From Octopus sinensis (lineage: Eukaryota), in contig NC_043016.1 in the NCBI RefSeq assembly GCF_006345805.1, positions 14,818,001 to 14,882,000 of the forward strand: 64,000 nt of DNA, read 5' to 3'. Shown piece by piece: positions 1 to 11,503 of this stretch. Below the pieces are notes generated by a model that worked only from the letters and a program-made list of their open reading frames with translations, was not told the DNA's origin and searched no databases. How positions within the stretch are numbered: the stretch's first letter is position 1; each line of letters opens with the position of its first letter. The translations under genes and the position numbers were made by a program.

Positions 1-389
1 ATAATCCACAATGATATTTAAAATTAGGTATTAATACCTTAATTAAACAATGATAGCAAAAGAGAGAGAGAGGCTGGGGGAGAATGAAAAACAATTAACT
101 GATGTACTTGTGGTTGTTGTTGTTTTTGTTTTTGTTGTTGTTTTTGTTGTTGATGGTGGATTTTGTTGTGGCAGTCAAGTTTTATAGATTTAGATTGAGA
201 TCTGTCAGCCTTGGGATATTGCAGTCCTGTATATTCTAAGTATTACCCAGCAGTTTTATAATCATCAAGTGGTGGTGGTGGTGGTGGTTGTAGTACCACC
301 AACATTTGTGGTGATGTGATCTACTATATAATATAATGTATTCAAGTGGCTGAGGTCAAGTACACAATGCAACCACAATGTAATATATT

Positions 390-946
390 GTGGTCCAATG
401 TTTTTCTCAATGGTCTTGTCCTGTGAGGATTGAAAACCAAAAAAAGGCAAAGTGCTCCAAGCAGCACTTTTCATCCTGTTGTAAGCTATTGTTGTCGGCA
501 ATATGTGCGAGCCATGGAAGTGCTTACAACATTGTCAAATCACTTGGTTTTTCAAAAGTGTGTGCCCGTTGGGTACCAAGAGAGCTGAATACTAAATGCA
601 AATCTGACAGGGTCATTGCCTGCACTTACCAGATTTAGTGCCTTCAGACTATCATCTCTTCAGCCCCATGAAAGAGGGTTTGAGAGGCAAACATTATTCC
701 AGTGACAAGGAAGTGAAAACTGTAGTGAAGAAGTGACTCAAAGAACAGTCAACAGAATTTTACGGGGCAGGGATGCATGCTCTCATTCGAAGGTGGAATA
801 TTGCTATTGAGAGAAACAGTGACTATGTTGAGAAGTAGGGATGTGATCCACAAAGGACCAGCTTCATTTTGATGTATGATACATGTTCCTGTGTTGGTAA
901 TTATACCTGGCCTAAACAAAATGACATTACTTTTTAACTCACCCTC
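390..946 (+). mobile_element. Degenerate, internally deleted mariner (DD34D-type) transposon
   Basis: Translates to HGSAYNIVKSLGFSKVCARWVPREL, then jumps to PDLVPSDYHLFSPMKEGLRGKHYSSDKEVK...RRWNIAIERNSDYVEK*. The 3' end TTACTTTTTAACTCACCCTC resembles a mariner TIR. The catalytic core is deleted. Confidence 0.85.
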
Positions 947-1000
947 CACATGGTTACCAACCTCATGGTTCCAGGCTCAGCCTCACTGCATAGCACATAG

Positions 1001-1161
1001 GCACAGGAGTGGCTGTGTGGTAAGAAGTTTGCTTCCCAGCCACATGGTTCTGGGTTCAATCCCACTGCGTTGCATCTTGGGCAAGTGTTGTCTAGTTTAG
1101 CCTTCGGCTGACCAAAGCCTTGTGAGTGAATTTGGTAGATGGAAACTGAAAGAAACCCATC

Positions 1162-1220
<59 letters not shown>

Positions 1221-1618
1221 GTATGTATGTATATATGTGTATGCATGTATGTATGTTGTGTTTATGTCCCTGTAACTTAGTAGTTTGGCAAAAGAGACCA
1301 ATAGAATAAGTACAAGGCTTACAAAGAATAAGTCCTGGGGTCGATTTGCTCCAGAATGGCCACAGTCAAATGACTGAATTGAATGTGTGTATGTTTGTGT
1401 TGTTCCCCCCCCCCTCTCCGCACTGCATGACATCCAGTGTTTGATTACATTCCTGTAATTTAGCAAAAAAAAAAAAAAAAGAAAGAAGAAAAAGTTATCG
1501 AGTAAGTACCAGACTTAAAAGATAAGTATAGGGTTCCATTTGTTTGGCTAAAACCCTTCAGGATGATGCCCCAGCATGGCCACAGTTCAATGACTGAAAT
1601 GAGTAAAAGATAAAAAGT
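1001..1618 (+). mobile_element. SINE family A (tRNA-derived head, CORE-like CCTTGGGCAAGT segment, internal TA/TG microsatellite, conserved tail) plus an extra tail fragment
   Basis: A-box-like TGGCTGTGTGG, B-box-like GGTTCAATCC, and tail ending GGCCACAGTCAAATGACTGAA. More than 10 homologues occur in the window. Confidence 0.85.
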
Positions 1619-1696
1619 AACTTTTGTGGAATGGCAGAAATAGCCAAACACTGAACTAAAGTGCATGTATTATTTGGTAATATTTCAGTTTATTTT

Positions 1697-1858
1697 TAAG
1701 GTTGTGAGCTGAGAAAATCGTTAGCACGGTGGGCAAAATGGATGGCAGCATTTTTGACTGTCTTCATGTTCTGAGATCAAATACCACAGAGGTTGACTTT
1801 GCCTTTTATCCTTCCGGGTTGAACACTGGAGATGAGGTAATCGACCTACCCTCTCTCC
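1697..1858 (+). mobile_element. SINE family B (tRNA-like head, central GCCTTT(C/T)ATCCTT..GGGGTCGATAAA..AGTACCAG domain), degenerate
   Basis: Homologous to the near-intact copy at 42905-43137. The central domain resembles that of Sauria/MetaSINE-type SINEs (from memory, unverified). Confidence 0.7.
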
Positions 1859-3007
1859 ACCACCACCACCACCACCACCAAATTTGTTTCAGTTTATTTT
1901 GTATTTAAATTCAGCTGCAGCCAACTTTTTTGTTTATCCTTTCAAAGTTGATAAAATAAATAAATACCAGTGATTTATTAATGTCAATCAATTACTTGTC
2001 ATCACTAACTCTACTCATACTTTTCATGTAAAATCCTGCTTAGATCAACTTGGCTTCTTTTATCTCTTAGTGAATGTGTGGGAAGATTTTGGTAAGTAAA
2101 TTACAAGCGATGTTATTGGAGTCAATTATATTGTTTAGTGCTTCAAAACTGGGCTTGTACCAGGTCAAATTAAATAATTTACTTTCTAATCTCTTTTGAT
2201 CATGTTTGGCATGCAGATCTCCAATTGAGAGATCACCCATTCTTCTTTCTCAGATCAGTAATCACAACATCACAGAGATCTTTCTATTTTTCACTCTAGC
2301 ACCTCCAGCATACCCCAGAGTTTAGCCTTGTACTCCCACCCACCCATATATCAGTGACCTACTTTGCCACCAGATCTAACAAATCCTCTTTTTATGAAGA
2401 TGATATGACTTTTCATTCTTCTCTAATCTTCCCCATCCATGTGTCATCCTCTCACAATCCAGACACCACACTTCAAACCTGCATTGATTCCTCCAATGGG
2501 GACATGCTAATCCCGTCTCTTTCAACAGCAACAAAATACAAACATTACTCATATAAAAAAAAAAAAGGAAACCCATTTTGCCATGCACCACCTAATTATG
2601 AACAACAAGCTACAAGACCCTCCATATTAGTTCTAAAATACCTGACTTCATTGTCACACCTTAATTGTCTCTTGGTAAAAGCACATCTATAACACAGCAA
2701 GGATTACATCCCAACAACTGGTCCTTCTCCTTAGATCCTAAGAAACATTTCATTCACCAGCAATTACTGAATTCAACAAAACTCAGATGTGGCCCGCAAT
2801 GGTTAGAGCTCCTCCCACATGTAGATCAGTGCTTCTAAACTACATAAAGTCATTCACGGATATTCTCCAACCTCTGTTTCCTCTTTCTGACTTTTCTACC
2901 ACTACTATAATGACTTTTGTTCCTTGGTCTGGGATAGGCTTTTTCCACATCTACTCAGGAATTTTTAACCCACTCCAGTCTCTTTTTCTGATCACTTTTC
3001 ATCATTG

Positions 3008-3280
3008 TTTAACATCTGCTTTCCATGCTGGTATGGGCTGAATGGTTTGGCATGAGGCTGGCCAGCTATCTGTTGGGGTTAGGGTTTCTATGGTTGGATG
3101 CCCTTCCTAACACCAAACACTTAGCAGAGTGTGGTGGATGCTTTTTACATGTCACCAACACGAGCGTATTTACACAGCGCTGGCATGGTTGCATTAACAC
3201 AGCACTGATACAGATGCTTTTTAAGTGGCACAGGCACCTGAAAGGACAAGCCTGTATGTACGGAAGACAGTGACTTTACT
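3008..3280 (-). mobile_element. RTE 3'UTR fragment, degenerate
   Basis: Contains GGATGCCCTTCCTAACACCAA and TTAACATCTGCTTTCCATGC, homologous to the other family copies. Confidence 0.75.
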
Positions 3281-3291
3281 TAGCTAGACAG

Positions 3292-3609
3292 CAGGGTGGA
3301 GGGAAAATAAAAAATTGTAAAAATTGAAAATGTCTGAGGGCTAAAATGTTGCTATATTTGATTACTAGAAAAATGCTAAATTTTCGCTGAGATCAATCAA
3401 GGGCATTTATTCCCTCAAGCCCCCAAAACTCCAAAAATGGGGAAATTTTGTAAATTTTATACAATAGTGGAGTTTGTGGGGTTTGAGGGAGTAAATGTTC
3501 TTGACTGATCTAAAGGAAAATTTAGCATTTTTCTCATAATTAAATATAGCAACATTTTAGTTCTCAGGTATTTTCAATTTCTACAATCTTTTATTTTGAC
3601 TCCACCCTA
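3292..3609. mobile_element. hAT-type palindromic MITE
   Basis: ~145 bp inverted arms starting (C/T)AGGGTGGAG. Exact 8 bp TSD CTAGACAG at 3284-3291 and 3610-3617. Confidence 0.85.
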
Positions 3610-3985
3610 CTAGACAGTGGTTTTGTCCCATTTCCCAGTCTTCACAGGACTTTCCCAGTCCTTTGAATATCATCTCCTTAGAACTACCTCCCTGCTCTTC
3701 TCTTTTCTGAAGGTGTTGACTAGCAATGGTTCAACAGAAACCATTTGTATCAGTGCTACATGCCTCAAAGTGCCTGCAAAGGCTGTTAGTCACAGCTTCT
3801 TCCTCCACACCCAGTAAGCAAAAAGGAAAGAAAAAAAGAAAAAGGACTATGATCAAAGGCATTCCATCTATGCCCTTCCCAACTAGGACATTTTCTAGTC
3901 TGCCTATTAGATGATATGTGTTACTTTCAGAGAGATTTAGCTGCTATTTTTAGCAGGTAAACCACTTCACATAACAGGCAGTTCC

Positions 3986-4039
<54 letters not shown>

Positions 4040-4712
4040 ATACTGCTGCTGCTGCTATTCATGCTGTTATTGTTGTATCACTTCAACATCTCTTCAACAG
4101 CTGTATGATGCTGAGATTACTAATAGAAGGAAAAATATTAAAAGTTTTGATCCAGGTTTCATTATTGAAAACCATCCCTAAATTTGGACTGAATTTTTAT
4201 TTTTCTTGAAATTTTAAAATAGTGAAAATATTTTATGACCTGGGGGGGGGGGGCTTAAGAAAGCATAATAGAATTTTCTATTAGATGATGATGATGGAAG
4301 TATTAATGTCATTCTAAGTTCTCCAGGAATTATATTGATTTCTTTAAACAATAATTTTCATGCATTTTAGAAAACAGATTGAAAGACAGTGATGAGTTCC
4401 TATTGATTGCCTCTTTGGGACATGTGCTGATGGCACTCTATGACCCACATTCTATCGACTCTGATGTGCTACAGGGCTTGGTTTTGTTTCCATACTGTCA
4501 CCTCCAACAACATCCATTCCTACTTAGATGATACCAACCTTTGTTCTTCCCCAACGTTCTACACCCAACTGTCTCCACTGCATGCTAAATCTCTACTTAC
4601 TCATGAACAACCACTTTGAAAACATACCAATAGAGTGGTGTCAATCTTGTCTACTTCAACAGCATAAAGACATAATCACTACATTATGACATCTCATCAT
4701 GCCCTAAACATT

Positions 4713-5065
4713 AATTTCAAATTTTGGCACAGGACCAATGACCCTGGGGGAGAGGTAAGTGAATTTCATTCACCCCAGTGCTCAAATGGTACTTACTTTA
4801 TTGATCCTGAAAGGATGAAAGGTAAAGTCAGCCTTAGCAGAATTTGAATTCAGAAAGTAAAGATGAACAAAATTCTGCTAAGCATTATGCCTGGTGTGCT
4901 AATGGTTCCACTGGTTCACCATCTTATCAATGCATTTTATTTGATGCTCAAACGAATGTGTCAATCAGGCCCTCACATTTCATCTTAAATATTGATTTAA
5001 AATTTTTTGCCCAAGGCCATCAATTTCAAGGCATGGAGATATAAGTTGATTACATCAACCCCAGT
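4713..5065 (-). mobile_element. Two SINE family B fragments
   Basis: Reverse complement of the family B consensus (GGATGAAAGGTAAAGTC..GCAGAATTTGAATTCAGAA). Confidence 0.7.
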
Positions 5066-5344
5066 AACAGCACATAGTGTGAACCAACAAGGTCACTACA
5101 AGTGAAAGCCCTGACCATCAATAAAAATCTCTCTCTCCTAGTCACTTCACATCCTCAACATAGCAAAAACTTGCATCACAAAGACTGACCATTCTCTTTG
5201 CAGCCATAAAATACTTCAGCTCCTAACAGCTGTTAGCTCTGCAAAGATCCATAATGGAGAAATACTCCGTATTAAAGTGTTGATTAGAAAATTACTATTT
5301 GTAAATCTCACAACAAGAGATATTCAGCAGCTGTACTTTGTAAT

Positions 5345-5691
5345 AAAGATTGTTTGCCATCACAACATGGCAGTCCTGGTTTAGGACTAATGTTGCTATA
5401 ATTTAGCCCCAGGAGACATTATCTCCAGCTGACTGTACAACACAATCTGTGTCCTTATATTTTCAAACAAAGGAGTCTAGCATCTCCACTCAGCTCAAAA
5501 CAATAAACCAGAAATCACGATACACAGATATTGTTTTGAGCAGAGTGGGGATGATAGACCCCCTTGTTCGAAAATATAAGGACACAGATTGTGTCGTATA
5601 GCCAACTGGAGATGATGTCTCCTGGTGCTAAAGTACAGCAACATTCGTCCTAAACCAGGACTGCCATGTTATGTTGGCAAACAATCTTTAC
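5345..5691. repeat. Foldback palindrome (~160 bp arms, ~24 bp loop), MITE-like
   Basis: The arm TAAAGATTGTTTGCCA...CTCAAAACAATA is complemented by TATTGTTTTGAG...TGGCAAACAATCTTTA. Confidence 0.85.
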
Positions 5692-5924
5692 TTTAAAGTG
5701 TTGATGTTACTTACACACACATAATACACATTTACATATGTATGTATGTATGTATGTATGTAATGTATGTATGTAATGTATGTATGTAATGTATGTATGA
5801 ATGTATGTATGTATATGTTGATATCGCAAGACATTGTACACGAGTGCCAGCATCATGTAAGCAAGATTTCTTGTTCCCAGTCTTTCATGAGAAACATATC
5901 CGGCCATGGATAGATATTACCTTA

Positions 5925-6150
5925 TTTGGAAATAGGTATGGGTTGGTAACAGGAAAGGCATCCAGTTATAGAAAGTCTGCCTCGACAAATTCCATCTGTC
6001 CTAGGCAAGCATGGAAAAGTGGACATTAAATGGCGGTTGTGATGGTGGGGACGGCAACAGTGGCGGCGGCGGTGGTGGCGGCGGTTGCAGCGGCGGCGGC
6101 GGCGGTGGCGGTGGCGGCGGTGGCGGTGGTGGTGGTGGTGGTGGTGGTGA
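5925..6150 (+). mobile_element. Short RTE 3' tail followed by a (GGT/GGC)n tract
   Basis: GGAAAGGCATCCAG...GCAAGCATGGAAAAGTGGACATTAAATG, then GC-rich triplet repeats. Same tail as at 50750-50850. Confidence 0.6.
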
Positions 6151-6589
6151 GGAAGAGCAGAGGAGAGCATAGCATTATTGCTCTCTGTTTTGGTAAGTGA
6201 TTACATCATATGTTGCCTGTTCTCATTTGGCAGTGTTTGCATATTGTTTGTTTTATAAATATAACTTCTTATTTCATCATGTCTGTGTCCACAGACACAC
6301 ACACACACATGCACACACACACACACACACACACACATGCACATTCTGACAAGCTCAACACCCAGACAGTCTGAGACATGTGGTCACATGTTTTCTGTTG
6401 TTCATTACACAATTGGTATTTATTGACTCCCACTTAATAACATTTTTACAAGCATTTATTTTTTTTGTTTCGAGGCTTCTCCAAGCAAGAAACCATGATT
6501 GAGACTCCCAAATGAATGTTCTTAGAACTGCTTCTATTTAAAGTTTCTAATTAAGTATAATATCTGCCTAATCTCCAAAAAAGAAATAA

Positions 6590-7011
6590 TAATAATCATC
6601 ATCATCATCATCATCATTTAACGTCCGCTTTCCATGCTAGCATGGGTTGGACGGTTCAACTGGGGTCTGGGGAGCCCGAAAGCTGCACCAGTCCAGTCAG
6701 ATCTGGCAGTGTTTCTACAGCTGGATGCCCTTCCTAACGCCAACCACTCCGAGAGTGTAGTGGGTGATTTTATGTGCCACCGACACAGGTGCCAGACGAG
6801 GCTGGCAGACGGCCACGCTCGGATGGTGTTTTTATGTGCCACCGACACAGGTGCCAGATGAGGCTGGCAAACGGCCACGATCGGATGGTGTTTGTTACGT
6901 GCCCACAGCACGGAGGCCAGTCGATGCGGTACTGTCTACGGCCACGTTCGGATGGTTTTCTTGTGTGCCACGTGCCACCGGCACTGGTACCACAAAGATA
7001 CAAAATCCATA
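6590..7011 (-). mobile_element. RTE 3'UTR with ~4 tandem hairpin units and (GAT)n tail
   Basis: (CAT)n-TTAACGTCCGCTTTCCATGCTAGCATGGG...GGATGCCCTTCCTAACGCCAACC, followed by repeated CGGATGGTG(C/T)TTTTATGTGCCACCG(A/G)CAC units. Confidence 0.9.
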
Positions 7012-7057
<46 letters not shown>

Positions 7058-7098
7058 GTAATAATAATAATAATAATAGTAATAATAATAATAATAAT
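7010..7098. repeat. (AAT)n microsatellite
   Basis: Near-pure AAT tract. Confidence 0.98.
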
Positions 7099-7099
7099 T

Positions 7100-7492
7100 A
7101 AAAGGACGGAATAAGATCAAAGCTATCAACACCTGGGCGGTTTCACTCCTTACATATGGAGCAGGGTAATTGCATGGATACTAGACAAACTAAACAGCTT
7201 AGACAGAAAGACAAGGAAGTTGCTAACTAGATATGGGTCACTCCACCCAAAAAGTGAAGCAAACAGAATGTGTGTACCAAGAAAAAGAAGGGGAAGAGGA
7301 CTGATTGGATGCGAACACAGCATTAGAGCAGAGGAAAACAACATAGCATGGCATGTAAAAAATGCCACAGAACTGCTATTATTTGAAGTAAGAGGGTCAG
7401 ACTTTTGTAGGATGAAAGATTGCAAAGATAAAGTACTATACAAGCAATTGAAAACGAATGAAACTTAAAATAGATGGGTAAATAAAAGAATG
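7100..7492 (+). mobile_element. R4/Dong-clade non-LTR retrotransposon fragment (post-RT region)
   Basis: Translates as LKGRNKIKAINTWAVSLLTYGAG..LDRKTRKLLTRYGSLHPKSEANRMCVPRKRRGRGLIGCEHSIRAEENNIAWHVKN..WVNKRMHG, typical of R4/Dong ORFs. Confidence 0.85.
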
Positions 7493-7504
7493 CATGGATA
7501 ATTT

Positions 7505-7670
7505 CATAGGGATATTGACCCCAAAAGGATGAAAGGCAAAGCTGACCTTGGTGGAATTTGAACTTAGTATCTAAAGACAGATGAAATATCATCATCATCA
7601 TCATCGTCATTTAACGTCTACTAAGCATTTTGTCTGGCCTGCTAACATATCTGCCAGCTTGCCAATGATA
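7505..7670 (-). mobile_element. SINE family B
   Basis: ATTGACCCCAAAAGGATGAAAGGCAAAGCTGACCTTGGTGGAATTTGAACT. Confidence 0.75.
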
Positions 7671-8064
7671 TGTTGTGCATGTATGGTAATATTACGATCC
7701 TGAAATTAGCTTATCTCACTCTTTCTCACGGAACCTCTCATAACCTTTTGCGGAACCCCAGTTGAGAAACACTGTTGTAGAGGGTTGAAATCTTTTTTGT
7801 GCCTCAAAAGGAAGACCTATCTTTTTGGTGTAGTCCTTGTAATGTTTTGGATGTGAAGTCACCAGGAGAGTTCCTCAGTAATAGTGTTGCATAGTATTTT
7901 TAGTGACGTATAGCTTTCTAGTAAGTGTGATGTCCACAAAACTGATCATGGTTTTTGTTACCATACTTCTGTTGAACTATGCTGCATTTGTTTCAATTCA
8001 TTTTGGAAAATGATAAAGAATTTAATAAACTGTTTTTGTCATTATTAAGTTGGTAACATAAATT

Positions 8065-8350
8065 AATGTTAGCACGTAAAAAGTACCGTCCATGCCGGTG
8101 ACACGTAAAAAGCTCCAACCAATCATGGACGTTGCCAGCCTCCTCTGGCCCCTGTGCTGGTGGCACATAAAAAGCACCCACTACACTTTTGGAGTGGTTG
8201 GCATTAGGAAGGGCATCCAGCCATAGAAACACTGCCAAATCAGACTGGAGCCTGGCGCAACCTCCTGGCTTCCCAGACCCCGGTCTACCATCCAACCCAT
8301 GCTAGCATGGAAAACAGACGTTAAACGATGATGATGATGATGATGATGAT
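8065..8350 (+). mobile_element. RTE 3'UTR with (GAT)n tail
   Basis: GTGCTGGTGGCACATAAAAAGCACC...GGCATTAGGAAGGGCATCCAG...GACGTTAAACGATGATGAT. Confidence 0.9.
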
Positions 8351-9016
8351 AACATGGAATTTCAATGGGAAAGTTTAATTTTGATCACTAATGCAGAAAG
8401 TTTTTATCATAGAAACAGAGGCAGTCTTGGGCAGGTTGGTAACAAAAGGGTTAATCCTATTGTTGTTGTTGTTGTTTTTGTTCATTGGTTCTAAGTCAAT
8501 TCTGACTGAGTAGACTTTTGATCAAAGGCATTCCAGCCATGACTATCTTGTCTTTGTTAAGACACATTGTGTATGACTAATTATCCAATTTTTTTTTTTT
8601 TTTTTTTTTTGAGACAGTAAGATATGACTTGAGGGACATTCTGCTGCTATTTCTTGATCAGTTTGTTAATAGTGGTTGGGGATGGGGGTGGAGTTAATGC
8701 AATGTCCTTAAACAGATTTAAGTTGTTTAATCCAAGGTTAATATTGATCACTGCTTATATTTTAGAAAAGTATTTTCAAAGGTACTTCAGCAACTTTTGT
8801 GGGGTTATGTCTGGGACAATACTATCCATCACGTTCCTTCCTTACTTAAGAATAGGATATCAATTAAAGGAGATCTGGTTGTTATTTCTAGCAAGTCAAT
8901 ATTGATGTTAATTGTTGGTAAGATTAATGTGATAATTTGTGGCAGAGTTAATAATGAGCTGCTGTAGTTTTTAATTTCATTTCACTCCTCTTGATACATT
9001 TTAATTTTAGAATAAG

Positions 9017-9049
<33 letters not shown>

Positions 9050-9359
9050 ACGTGTGTGTGTGTTTGTATATGTATGTGTGTATTGTTTATATTTCTATAT
9101 TTCTACTAACCAAGCATAGGTTGTCAGAACAGGTTATAATATAGGAAGCAACAATTGTTTTTATTTGAAGATTCCAATAACAAACTAGTGTCAGCTGTTA
9201 CTGGTAAAACTTCTCTTGTGTCTTTATTATGGGGGAAAGTTCAAAGTGTAAGTAAACATAATGGAATTGTCTCAATCTGCCAACAGAACAATTAATTTTT
9301 TTTTTCTATAGAGAGAGAGAGAAAAGCAATATGATGTCTGTAGTAATGTTTGGACATAC

Positions 9360-9670
9360 ATATCAACCCATATATTCCACCTATTTTATGTCATTCTAAA
9401 TATAAACAATCACATCACAAGAATATTGCAGCTATGATAAAATATATAATGAATTCAAAAGCAATTTGAATGAATAAACTTTGCATTTGACGGCGTAATC
9501 TGGTCATGTCCAATGCAAATAGTGTACCTGTTTTATGTTTAAACTGGCTGGATCCAGCCACTCACACCTACCTTACAATGTCATTCTAAAATATAATCAC
9601 ATCTCAAAGCTATGAGATAATACATAATTAATTCAAAACTGTAATTAAATAAGCTTTACGTTTGACAGAC
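9360..9670 (+). mobile_element. Two tandem degenerate copies of the piggyBac-type MITE
   Basis: Homologous to the units at 43243-43915 (ATTCCACCTATTTTATG, CACACCTACCTTACAATGTCATTCTAAAA). Confidence 0.6.
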
Positions 9671-9859
9671 TTCTTGACTTCTTAGTTCCATGCTGTTGCT
9701 TGATGGGGTTGGAGGTCATTCCAAGTTAGTGGTCCCTGAGACATTGTCATGCATAGCGGCAACCAGGTCCACTGCAACAGAGCCAACAATGCTTTTTTTG
9801 TGTTGGTTTTTGAAAATTCAAACAGTTTTTGAAAATTCTAAAGAACTTATCATCATAGA

Positions 9860-10267
9860 GGCGCAGGAGTGGCTGTGTGGTAAGTAGCTTGTTTACCAAC
9901 CACATGGTTCCAGGTTCAGCTCCACTGCGTGGCACCTTGGGCAAGTGTCTTCTACTATAGCCTCGGGCTGACCAAAGCCTTGTGAGTGAATTTGGTAGAC
10001 GGAAACTGAAAGAAGCCCGTCGTATATATGTATATATATATGTATGTGTGTGTGTTTGTGTGTCTGTGTTTGTCCCCCTAGCATTGCTTGACAACCGATG
10101 CTGGTGTGTTTATGTCCCCGTCACTTAGCGGTTCGGCAAAAAGAGACCGATAGAATAAGTACTGGGCTTACAAAGAATAAGTCCCGGGGTCGAGTTGCTC
10201 AATTAAAGGTGGTGCTCCAGCATGGCCGCAGTCAAATGACTGAAACAGGTAAAAGAGAGTAAAAGAG
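9860..10267 (+). mobile_element. SINE family A, near full length and young
   Basis: GGCGCAGGAGTGGCTGTGTGGTAAGTAGC...GGTTCAGCTCC...CCTTGGGCAAGTGTC...(TA)(TG)n...CAGCATGGCCGCAGTCAAATGACTGAAACAGGTAAAAGAG. CpGs are retained. Confidence 0.92.
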
Positions 10268-10424
10268 AAAAAAGAGAGAGTATAGAATTATTACATCCTA
10301 TATTCCACCAACTTTTCCACCTACTTCTTGTTGCATGGTAGCTTTTAATATGCCCCTGCTTCTTGGAGTTCCACCTGTGTCTTCTTTGGCAAATTGCCAT
10401 GCTTGAGTAGAGAAGCCATCAAGA

Positions 10425-10665
10425 CAAGTGAAACCATAGTTGTGGCAGATACTGGTGTCGTGCAACTGGCACTTGTGCCAGTGGTACGTAAAAGCACCAA
10501 TTACATTCTAGGAGTGTTTGGCATTAGGAAGGGCATCCAAACCGTAGAAACCATGCCAAACCAGACTGGAGCCTGGTGCAGCCCCTCGGCTTGCCAGCCC
10601 TAGTCAAACCATCCAACCCATCCCAGCATGGACAACAGACATTAAATGATGATGATGATGATGAT
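10425..10665 (+). mobile_element. RTE 3'UTR with (GAT)n tail
   Basis: GGCATTAGGAAGGGCATCCAA...GACATTAAATGATGATGAT. Confidence 0.85.
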
Positions 10666-11284
10666 GACCAGAGGTGATTTGAATGTTGAACAATGATATA
10701 TTAACACTTGATACAAAACAATGTGATATGTAGCATGCATAATTTGCAGCAGCAAACAGCTAATCAAACATATTGAAGAAATGATTATTAAATCAAAAGT
10801 TAAAAGCCATCCTCAGCCTTTGCTAAACCTGAATGCAGGACATAGAAGTTATACATAAATATTGCAAAGTATTTTGTCCTGTACTCACTCTTATACACTA
10901 CTTGTTTTTTCTTTTCTTTTTTTATTATATATATATATATATATCTTAACCCTTTTATTACCAAGAGAGATAATAATTACATATATAACATGTATGTATA
11001 TGATAAATGTATAATCCAAAACTACACTAAAATGCAAATTCAAAACCGAAGAAAACACAAACATGAGTGAAGAAGGAAAAAACAAAGAAGAAGAAAGAGG
11101 AAAAAGAAGAAAGAAAAAGAAAAAGAAAAAGACCAAATAAACACTACAATGTTTGATGGAACCTAATGAAGCAAGCCAACACACTTATGACATTATTGCA
11201 GGTAATGGCAAGGCTGAGACACTCGAACAGCCACGCACCGTCAAGGATATCGCCTGATACCTTGGTGAGGCAAGCCACCAACTA

Positions 11285-11503
11285 TGACAAGAACATCACT
11301 TACTTATATTTGACAGATATTTGTCCTCATCTTGTTTGTTGTTAACACAACATTTCAGCTGATTTACCCTCCAGCCTTCATCAGGTGTCTTGGGGAAATT
11401 TCAAACCTAGGTTCACATTCCTAAGGTATTTTTTGATGTTGTTGTTGTTATTATTATTATACTAATAATAACATCGAAAAATATCTTAGGAATGTGAACC
11501 CAG
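11285..11503 (-). mobile_element. Penelope-like pseudo-LTR-type repeat with partial inverted copy
   Basis: Carries a hammerhead motif. GGTTCACATTCCTAAGGTATTTTT (~11409) is inverted at ~11477-11500 around an (AAT) tract. Confidence 0.6.
11344..11389 (-). ncRNA. Minimal type-I hammerhead ribozyme motif
   Basis: Minus strand: GACAC-CUGAUGA-A-GGCUG-gaggguaaau-CAGCU-GAAA-UG-U-U-GUGUU. Stem I is GACAC/GUGUU, the core is intact, and stem III is loopless (ACGT-like with a C>T change). Confidence 0.75.

Larger units (their letters stand above)
2200..5272 (+). mobile_element. Highly degenerate CR1/L2-group LINE (RT region), split by younger insertions
   Basis: Pieces translate as SDVLQGLVLFP (cf. GVPQGSVL), NIHSYLDDTNL (YADD motif, ~4510-4540), VNLVYFNSIKT and KYFSS*QLLAL..RSIMEKYS. 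Many stops and frameshifts. Confidence 0.6.

Noticed and set aside
9860-9935. tRNA genes at SINE heads (also 47338, 52288, 54280)
   Set aside because: They have A/B-box-like motifs, but I could not fold a complete cloverleaf, and they continue into repeated SINE bodies.
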